NCBI GenBank assembly: GCA_000826855.1
Contig: JTLS01000095.1
Span: 1-32,015, forward strand
Source of the DNA: Basidioascus undulatus
Taxonomy: Eukaryota
Direction of reading: 5' to 3'
Length of the DNA: 32,015 nt
Below are positions 1 through 8,928 of this stretch, piece by piece. The notes under the pieces are model-generated. The model had not been told where the DNA came from and did no database searches. It saw nothing but the letters and a program-made list of their open reading frames with translations. Each line of letters begins with the position of its first letter. Within the stretch, counting starts at the first letter, position 1. The translations under genes were made by a program, and so were the position numbers.

Positions 1-560
1 AGGGAGGAACGGAGGAGGTTGATGAGGGAAATGGAGGGGTTGGAGGGAGGAGGGGAGAAGGTAGTGGAAGGGAAGGCGGGAAGCAAGGGGTGAAGAGGGA
101 TGGGGAAGGAGAGAGGAGGCAGGGGGAGAAGGACGTCCCGCCCACGCCGCCGGCCGCGAAGACACGGTATGGGACGGAGAGGGAGAGGGATGAGCGGTTC
201 GCTGATTAGGGTGGAGGGTGAGGGGCGGGGAGGGACTGGGTTGAATGGGTTTCTTGTATGAGTGGGGGAGTGGGAGAGGAGAGGGGGTGAGTGTTCTTGC
301 GTTCAGTGTGTGAATGGGGTTGTACATGTACGCTGGCCTTGGGATGTGGTTTATAAATCTTTGACTTTTTGCGTTGTGTGTGGGTGTTTGTGCTTGACTA
401 CTTTGGGCGGGGAGCTGTGTATTCAGAAGAAGGCTCACGGTGTTGCGAAGAAGTTTCTAAGGCTGTTTAACAGTCGTGCGTAACGATGGAGGGTATGATG
501 AATGAAATTTTGAGTGCCAGGTATCGTATGCTGAGATCGTAAGTTAATGCTGGTAACTCG

Positions 561-863
561 TGTCAAGGATAACGCCGGCAGTGACCTGGCGCTCGAATCG
601 CGGTAGCTGGGGGCTGGGATGCAGACGCTTGATCCCCTATGTTGCCCATACATCATCGTGCAGGGCGTTGGAGAGCTGGTAGGTAAGCAGAATGATAGGT
701 TATTAAGAGAACGTCGAGGCGAGATGAGATTCTCTCACGTCTTACTCGTGCTGCTAAGACCCGAAAGTAACACTTGCATATACTTTATACTCATACATAC
801 ACTGTCAGAGAGGGATATCATATGTAAGGCCTCATAGTAGGAGGAAGTGAATGAGGTGTGACC
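561..863 (-). mobile_element. Possible degenerate LTR (~300 bp) of a retrotransposon whose internal region would run leftwards off the window
   Basis: Bounded by TGTCA (561) and TGAC(C) (859-863). On the minus strand: TATA-like GTATAAAG (783-790), a CT-rich stretch, AATAAC, then ...CCTTGACA. No second LTR, TSD or RT/integrase coding sequence in the window. Confidence 0.3.
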
Positions 864-1265
864 GGAAGTATAAGGTCAGCAGCTGTTCAAGCGTGCCTCA
901 ACATCCTAATTCCAGTACACCATTTCCTCTTTGACATGGAAAACCCAGGGAGTCAATTTGTGATGACTTTAAACACTCAGTGTGGCTCAACACGTGCAGG
1001 GTCATTTACGGCAAGTCCGCTGTCAGAGGTCGAACATTTCAGTTGACCGTTGACTTGACAGCTTGATTATAATGCGCATCAAGTGCATAAAGCTCACAAA
1101 ACAGCACTAGGCTGAGCGCAGCAAAGCGCAGACTGTATGGGGTGAAAGTAAAGGAGGTGCCACAAACCTTTGCAGCACGTCTGTTCATCCTGTTTTTTTC
1201 TTTGCTTCGCCCCTTCATGATGAACCTCATACAATCCTCATATTACGAGGCAGTTTGAGCATACT

Positions 1266-1313
1266 CTCATATTCATACTCATACATACCCAAATTTATGA
1301 GTATGAACATGAG
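1266..1313. repeat. 18-bp inverted repeat (1 mismatch) with 12-nt loop
   Basis: CTCATATTCATACTCATA (1266-1283) versus TATGAGTATGAACATGAG (1296-1313). Confidence 0.85.
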
Positions 1314-2275
1314 TTTGAGCCGTACTTGCTGCTGAGCGGGCTCCACGGCGACGTGAAAACGTGTCACGTTTAAGCAAGGAGGCGCGGACGCCGGTGATAG
1401 TCCATCATGGTCCATCAAACAAGAAAGATTAAACGACTGTATATGTGCATGATGAGCTTGTGTGAGCAAATAAGTGAAGTGAGTTGAAACGAGAAACGTG
1501 GTAGCTCTCGACTGTCAGAGTTGTCAGGCCTCTGACAGCAGTGCGCTCGTCGACTTCCCTTGTCTCCTTCCTGTTCTCCTCACCACCGTCATCGTTCTCC
1601 ACTTACCACTCGCTGATCCTCGAGCCTGATACCAACACATCATGCTTGCTTCTTGCTCTCCCATTCTCGCTCGATTAATTCTATTGCCAGCGCGCACCTC
1701 ACTATTCGCGAGCTCCGCGAGCGCGGTGCGTTACTACGCTTCGCCGCTCGCTTCTTCGAGGTCCAAGCGGGCTGGGAGCCCGTATCTCAGGGCGATACAC
1801 GCCTGTCTGCCGAATTACGAGCAACCAATCTCACAGCACTCTTTGCACAGTGAGGCGTGCCCGTGGCCAGTTTTAAGGTCGATCAAGGTCCACTATCCCT
1901 GCGTGTGGAATGTTGGAGACTTTCAGAAATGCTGAACGTCTCGTAGACAAGCATCAGAGCGGCAGTCTTGCTTCCTTACTTCCTGTGCGCTTATTCAAAT
2001 ATAGCATTCGGAATACAAAGACGAATTCATTGAAACCACAATTCTTCTTCTGCGACAGATAAACAATGTCGATACCACCCATCCCCATCTGGTTACTCAA
2101 GCACATGGCGCCATCGGCTGGAAGGGAGAGGAGCAGGAGCAGGAAACTCGACAGCGACTGCGCGGGAGACTGTCAAAGCGCCGGGAGCATCCAGTACTGA
2201 GGGGGTACATAAGACTTCCGCTGGATCCAGAAGAAAAGGCGGCTGGTGCGCAAGGCAAACCGATCCGCGCCCCGC

Positions 2276-2325
2276 CTCATCGGCAGCCCCTTCATCGACA
2301 GCCTCTTCATCAACAGTCTCTTCAC
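2276..2325. repeat. Imperfect 15-bp tandem repeat x3
   Basis: CTCATCGGCAGCCCC / TTCATCGACAGCCTC / TTCATCAACAGTCTC. Confidence 0.75.
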
Positions 2326-2363
2326 CTTCCCTATCGTGGACGGCAGCGACAACAGCGTTGCCT

Positions 2364-2409
2364 CTCCTCCCCGCCGCGCCTCCTCCCCGCCGCGCCTCCT
2401 CCCCGCCGC
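2364..2409. repeat. 16-bp GC-rich tandem repeat x~3 in a promoter
   Basis: CTCCTCCCCGCCGCGC at 2364 and 2380, partial copy at 2396; ends ~30 bp upstream of the TATA box. Confidence 0.85.
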
Positions 2410-2437
2410 CGCACCCGCCCCCTCGCACCCGCTAAAG

Positions 2438-2445
2438 TATATAAA
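2438..2445 (+). promoter_or_regulatory. TATA box of the repeat-precursor gene
   Basis: TATATAAA followed by a CT-rich leader and an ATG at 2598. Confidence 0.7.
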
Positions 2446-2597
2446 TCCCAGTCCTCCTCCCTCTCTTTTCCCTCAGCGGACTACTCCTCTCACACCTTCA
2501 CGTCAGCTTACTCATTCAACGCAGCCCTGGTGGCCTCTTTGCACTTTCACTTTCACACGCTCGCTCTGCACACCACACACACATCCATCTCACAGCC

Positions 2598-3550
2598 ATG
2601 TTCACTGCCACCGCTTCCTCCCTCGCTCTTGTCCTCCTCTCAGCTGCCTCGATCGACGCCGGTCTTGTGCCGGTCCGCACCCGGCTCGCGCGCGGGGATA
2701 CCAACATCGCCAACAAGGTCGACACGAACTTGGAGTGAGCTTTCTGTCCCATTTGTTAAAGAGCTTGCTGACTGGGGCTGGCTCCGCATATCGCCTGCGT
2801 ATACAGTGTCGACATCGAGCAGTACAACTCAAAGCACTACCGCCGTACGCCCGACAACGGCCCGATCAACATCGGCAACCATGTAGACGTCGACTTCGAT
2901 GTCAGTCTTGTTCTCAATTCAATAACCATGCTGCTGGCGACGCTCAGTGTCTACTTACGCACCCGCAGGCCGACATTAGCGACTACAGCCATGACTCGCA
3001 CAAGTGGAACCGCCGCGGCCACGGGCCCATCAACATCGGCAACGATGTGAACGGTGAGCCGGCACAATTTGCCACATTGCATTTCGGCACTGACTGACCG
3101 GTTCTCTCCCCCTCATTCGCAGTCGACTTCCAGGCCGACATCAGCGACTGGTCCTCCTCGCACGACCACTGCAAGCGCGACGACGACGACGACGGCGATG
3201 TCAACATCAGCAACGAGGTCAACACGAACGTCAGGGCCGACATCGAGCGCTACGAGAACAAGTCGCACGGCGGTCACTGTCGCCGGCGCCGCGACACTGC
3301 CCAGCATGAGGACTCCACGGCTAAAGGTAAGCACTTGGGGTGACCTGAATACCCTCTATTAAAACTTACCGGGAACAATGATTTCACAGATGAGTCGGGC
3401 GACAAGGAGAAGAAGTACCGCAATGAGAAGTTGGAGGACAAAGGTGATTGTCTTTCAATCTTTTACTACTCCCCGTAGTCCCAGGGCTGACAAAGCTCCG
3501 GAGTTCTAGACAAGAAGAAGAACGAGTCCAAGCACTACTCCCGCGGTTGA
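2598..3550 (+). CDS. Secreted Kex2-processed repeat protein (KEP)-like peptide precursor, ~204 aa, 6 exons
   Basis: Exons 2598-2734, 2807-2900, 2969-3053, 3123-3326, 3390-3443 and 3510-3550 join in frame through GT-AG introns. Signal-peptide-like MFTATASSLALVLLSAASIDA, then four repeats (NI[AGS]NxV[DN][TV][ND][LFV]x[AV]DIxx[YW]) each ended by RR, RR, KR or RRRR, then a charged tail. Confidence 0.8.
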
Positions 3551-4367
3551 CATCGCCAAGGTCAACACGAACCTGGACGGTGAGTTGCGCCCTGATGGAG
3601 ACATTGCAATAATGACACCAATGACCTGTGGAGCAATACACTTGATCTGCAGGAGTACAAGGAGAGTAAGTACTAAGTGATGCTGGCAGCATGAGATGAG
3701 CGTGGACCGTGTAGCCGCGTTGTGTTGTGTTTTCTAGTCCGCTCGCGCTGGTCGCCCAATTTTGATGGTATTGAGTTTATTTAACTTTTGGGAGCTTGGA
3801 ACTACGATCCTTCGATGTTCGGAAGAAGAACACGAACGCGGTGGTCGAGTTAGCTCCTGGGGCTGCGTTGCAGTTCGGGTGCAGAAAACTCGGAGCTCAG
3901 GGATCAGCACGGGCAGAGGGCGCAGACTGCAGATAATTGTGGATATGATGATGGAGTCAGCGTAAAGGGTGTTCAGAACAACGTGTTGGGGGGTAACGGC
4001 CAGGGCATCTCCTGGCTTTATCTCGCTTTACGCGGCTGGTCTGGCTGCAGAACGTTTGTGGGTCTCGCACTTGTACGAGCACGGGGTTACGATTAATTCT
4101 GCATTGCATCTTCTGCCCGTGTTTTACTTTGGGTGGTGGTGAACCGCATATGAATTACCCCGGAGGCGTGCATTGATGTGAAGCCTCTCACGTTGTCATA
4201 CTCTGCGATTACAACTAAGCTTTAAGGCTGCGAGTAGGGGGGGATTCGATGGGATGGTGTAGCTCACTTCGGTGGTGGGTGAGTTTCGCTGATACGCATG
4301 GTCATGGTTGTGCTCGCGAAGATGCGGTGGATAGTCTAATGGGAACAGGCAAAAAGAAAGATAAAAA

Positions 4368-4446
4368 GGCAAGATAGGAAAGTGGTCAAATCCGCTAGCT
4401 TCAGGTGCTAGTCTTCGGTTCGTGGGTTCGAATCCCACTCTTGTCA
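4368..4446 (+). tRNA. tRNA-Leu(CAG), intronless, with atypical D-stem and short variable arm
   Basis: Acceptor GGCAAGA/TCTTGTC plus A73; anticodon stem CTAGC/GCTAG with loop TTCAGGT; T-arm GTGGG-TTCGAAT-CCCAC; T-run shortly downstream. Confidence 0.9.
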
Positions 4447-5007
4447 ACCTTTTGCCAATCTTTTCCCCCGCAGGGCTAGAAAACAACTCCATCGAGACGA
4501 AAGAGGCGGTAAGATAGATGTGGAAGGCCCTTCACGACTGTGGCTAGTCTAGCGTGTCCGCATTTTTGCTCTGAACAGAGATCCCGAACGAAGCCTCTTC
4601 CGTGGATGCAGGTCAGGCCGGAAAAAAAGAAGCAAAGCACATTGACGAATGTCAGTCCACAAAACATGCAGCGGGGGAGCGGGCTGTGGGCAAGAGCACC
4701 TTTCCTCGTCTGCAAACTGTACGCCCAAAACGCAGGTGCTATCCGAAGAGGTGGTGCAGCCGGACCATCAGGCGAATTTGAAATGAGCCACTATCCAGAT
4801 GTCCTTCTCTGTAGTTCACCTTGCGCTGCGAAAAAGCCAAGACCATCCTCGATAATTTTACCTTTTTCGTACTTGTGGTTGAACGGATAAGAAAATGCAT
4901 AAGCGGCGAGATGATCTACGCCCCATATCCCGTCGTGACCGATGCGCTTGAACATTGAATGATTAGCGCCTGCGCGAAATATCTGAATACAGACAGCAGT
5001 ACTCACT

Positions 5008-7301
5008 CGACAGCGTTCAGCAGGCCGCCGTACACGAAACGACCGAAATGTTGGGGAATGACTCGCTGTACGTGTTCGCGGAGCACAGCGGCACAGCGGT
5101 CGAAGCACTTGATCGCGGGGTCTTCCCACTGTTTGACGGAATCCATGATCATCGCAGCCTTCGACGAGAACGGGACGTTGTACGGCAGCTCGCGAGTGAG
5201 CGACCTGTGGAGATTCAATATGGTCAACAGTGCGGAACCCCACAGGGCACTATTGGACGGCCATACCTCTCGATGTGCTCGCGCACCTCTTCGAGGTTGC
5301 GCTCGGAGTTTTGCGACGCAGCCTTGTTGTCGAGAAGCCCATCCCGCAAGAACGACGGCTCGACGAGCGGCTGCAGGCTGATCGGCTTCGCGGCACGCGG
5401 TGCGGGGCTCGGGGTGGACGGTTTCGGAGCCGGCGCGCCGAAGGTGAACGGTTCTGCGGGAGCGGACTGCGCGCCAAACGCGGGCGCTGGTGGTGCGAGA
5501 GAGGAGGCGTTCGTCCGTTGCCCGTCCTCCTTCATCTCGCGCCTCGAAAAAGGTCGGAGGCGCGGAGTGGCGCTGCGGATCTCGCGCGCGAACTTTTTGT
5601 ACGCTTCGTTGAGCGTCTGCACCAAGCGCGCCTTCTCGGACGAACCCTGGATGTGCGCATCGAGGTCCTTGACAAAAGCCTGGATGAGTTCCAAGACTGC
5701 CATGTAAGGGTCGTCCGAAGCGGGCAGCGGGAGGTCGCCAGAGCAGCGCTCGTCTCCTGCAGGAGTGCGTGCAGCTCATCGCGCGTCGGGAGCCTGATTA
5801 GGGGAAGGTCAACGGTGTCAGCATGACCTACCACCGTAGCAGGCGGTGGGTTTGACGACGCACCGATCGCTGCGTGAGCAAGTCGCTGAGCCGACTCGTG
5901 AGGTTCTTGCTCCCGCGGCGCGTACCCGCTGCCGACCAAATGCGGTGCTCGTCGAAGTAGACGGTCTCCTTGCTACGGGCGTCGAGCCAGGAAATGCCCT
6001 TAGAGAGCTCCGCCGTCGCAGGCTGCCGCACGACGTAGCCGTGCTGGAGCCGATGCCGCTGCCCGGTAAGCACGTCGATCCAAGTCTGGTGGTCGCCTTC
6101 CTGGACGAGGTCGGGCTTCGTGAGGACGCCTGAGACAGAAAGAATGTCAGCACGGATCGGCCAAGGTAATGTCATTACATCACAGAACTCGCCGGTAGTC
6201 CGCTTGCCGTCCAGGTCGGCCCTCTTCGCAAGATGATGGGCTGATCTGCCAAGCAAGCGTCAGTACAATCGTAGGATTCACTGACAGCACAATCGAGGAA
6301 CTGGCTGGTTCTCAACGTTATCAGACATGGTCAAGGTAACGAGGATGAGGGCGTTCCCGGCGATGCGCGTCTCTACCAGAGACCGGATGAGCTCGATCTC
6401 CTCTCCGCGCCGCTGGAGATGATGCCTTATGACCTCCATCAGCGCCCGCGTCATGGTGCGTTCCTGGTCGCATACGCACCGGGCAGATCGATCAAGCACA
6501 GGTCCGTCTCGTCCGGGCCCGAGATATGCAAGCAGATTGTATTGCGCGAGAACGTGACGGGTTGAAGCTTCTTCTTCTCCGCCTCCCTGCGGAGCTGCTC
6601 AAGATCGCCGTTGACCCAGACCGCCCAGCTGTCGAACGCGCTCAGGTAGAGGATCGCCTGCTGCGCGTGCCGGATTCGGTCCTCGACCTCCGCAGGCTCG
6701 GAGAGCGCCGCGCCGAAGGGGACCTCGCGCACGGGGTCGCACGACGCCCCTAGAGGTCGTCGTACTCGAGCCGGAGGGAACTTGGCACGACCAGGGCTAG
6801 TCGGGCGCGGAGGAGGTCAGGTTGACCTCCGTCGGGCAGCTGCGCGATCGAATCCCCTTCAGAGTTGAGCCCGACACACAAGATGTGGTTCGCACGGAAC
6901 TCGACGAACAGTGTGCAGGTTCCCGAGGCCCTCGGAACCGTGATGCGTGAATTCGCCTCGATGACCGAGGATTTCTGGTTCCACCCCCGGCCAGCGTCAG
7001 CGATAAGCGATATGACATCGGTGATCGACCCCCGCGCTCTGATTCCCAATAACGACGGTTTGCGGGATATCCACGTCGAGTTGAGCCCTGTCCTCTAGCG
7101 CAGCGACATCATCATCAACCGGGACGTCAGCGATCAACATCCAACAGCGCAGCCACGTATGTGTACTGACCCTATGCTCCGCATTTCCCGGACCATGTTC
7201 ATCAACTTGCGCTTCTTCTCCGCATAGCGGTTCTTGCTCAGCCCGCCGCGAGGGAGCGCCCTCAGGCTTGACCGCCTTCGACGTGAAGCGAGATGCTCCA
7301 T
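5008..7301 (-). pseudogene. Mx-like/dynamin-related GTPase pseudogene, 3'-truncated
   Basis: Spliced motifs DIPQTVVIGNQSAG|KSSVIE (G1), PRASGTCT..CPTE (G2), LIDLPG (G3), VLTKPD (G4), and middle-domain TRELPYNVPF. In-frame TAG stops (~6797, ~6750) and several frameshifts; no recognisable GED after ~5000. Confidence 0.88.
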
Positions 7302-7871
7302 TGAAAGGACGATGGATGAGTGAGTCGTTCGTCAAGACGTGGGTGAGCGAGGGGATGGGTAGGAACAAAGGGGTGAGTTCGTTGGATTTGCATCCAGCCG
7401 TCGCGTGCGAAGTTATGCAATGCAGCGGGAGCGACAAGCGTTGTTATTATGCATAGTAATACATCCGTTCGTGGGTCTTGGGAAATCTACGTGGATTGAC
7501 GACAAAGAAACAGCATGAAGAGCTAGGAGTGGATGTTTGGAAGTAACGGCGGAGAGCAACCACCAGCGATCAATCGCTACATCTGAGCAATGCAGTAGCT
7601 GTTGCTTGCCTGCGATATCTTTCTGTCATCAATGTTTCGGGCTCCTTCTCACACCCGCACTCGACATTTCATAGCCCTTTGGTTGGTGTATGCATGCGTA
7701 GGAGGGGAAAGAAGAGGGGAGGGATAGCAAGCCGAGGAGTCGAACGCGTGCAGTACAACAACCACAGCCGGAAAGGACGGCCGGCCACGGTCGCAGCCAC
7801 AATAAAACGCCCACCCCAGACCCGCCGCATAGAAAGACACTGCGCGCAGCGTCGACCAGGTCGGGAACCGT

Positions 7872-8928
7872 TTACCGGTTGGACTTGGCGACACGCTCGA
7901 GCTCGTCCTTCTTCTTGATGGCGTACGAGTTCGAGGACTGGGACACAGGATTGTGTCAGTCTGGTTCGGGAAAGGAGGGCAGAGGAGGTGGGGAGGAGTG
8001 AAGACGCACGCCCTTGGCAGCGTTGATGAGCTCGTCCGCAAGGCACTCGGAGATGCTCTTGACGTTGCGGAACGACGACTCGCGGGTGCCGATCGTGATG
8101 AGCGAGACGGCCTGGTTGACGCGGCGGAGCGGGGAGACATCGACGGCCTGGCGACGGACGGTGCCCTGGGAGCCGATACGGGTCGAGTCCTCACGGGGGC
8201 CGGTGTTGACGATGGCGTCAACGAGAACCTGCGCACAAGCAATCACTCCACATTCAGTTTCCCGGGCTCTCTGGTGTGGCGCGGGGAGGGAAGGGGAAGG
8301 GGACAACGACCCACCTGGATCGGGTTCTGGTCGGTGAGGAGGTGGATGATCTCGAACGCGTGGGCGACGATCCGGACGGCCATCTGCTTCTTGCCGTTGT
8401 TGCGGCCGTTCATCATGAGCCTGTCCGCCGTGCCAACACCACACGCATCAGCTCTCGTCCCGCCCACGCGTCTTCCCATTAGATCCCGCCCCGCCCCTCC
8501 CTCCCTCCTCTTCGGATCGTTAGACGCACGAGTTGACGAGACGCTCAACGATGGGCATCTGGGCCTTCTTGAACTGCTTGGTCGCGTACCGGCCCGCGGT
8601 GTGCGGGAGGTAGACCGGGTTGCGGATCTGGATGTAGTCGGTGAGGGAGATGTCCTTCACCTCGACACTGTCGGCCCGTCCGCCTTCGATCAGCCGCTTC
8701 TTCTCCTCCGCCTGTCTCCTCCTTCGCTCCAGACGCACTCCTGCGAGTCCCACTTGCCGAACAGCTTGACGCCGGCGAGGCCGCCCTCAGCGGGGGCAGT
8801 GGCGGTCACTTCGGCCGGGAGGGTCTTGACAGCGGGGGCCACTGGGGCGCGGAGGACACGGCACAAGGGCCTCAAGTCAGTACGCGGACTCCCATGGCAC
8901 CGTCCACTGGCTCCAAATTGAACGCACT
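7872..8928 (-). CDS. RPS5: 40S ribosomal protein S5 (uS7), multi-exon, start codon split by an intron
   Basis: [100 protein letters not shown] = A(8928) + TG(8841-8840); stop at 7872-7874. Confidence 0.97.

Noticed and set aside
1642..1935. Short ORFs after a CT-rich stretch
   Set aside because: No recognisable homology or consistent exon structure.
2246..3362. ORFs 2246-3097, 2530-2886 and 3054-3362
   Set aside because: They are out-of-frame or intron read-through shadows of the spliced repeat-precursor gene.
2598..3550. Dikaritin/ustiloxin-type RiPP cluster or mating pheromone precursor
   Set aside because: No DUF3328/UstYa or tyrosinase gene nearby, cores are long and divergent, and there is no CAAX motif.
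4394..4411. Reading the anticodon as TCA (Sec or suppressor)
   Set aside because: The stem CTAGC/GCTAG centres the 7-nt loop on CAG; a TCA register does not pair.
4368..4446. CUG codon reassignment implied by the odd tRNA-CAG
   Set aside because: CTG encodes invariant Leu in NDUFV1 (SGLKW, KPRLKPP, SGLGT), and the tRNA keeps A73 and lacks a G3:U70 pair.
7953..8921. 322-aa plus-strand ORF, and similar long ORFs at 13151-14052 and 30929-31922
   Set aside because: Antisense shadows of GC-biased RPS5, NDUFV1 and IMPase exons.
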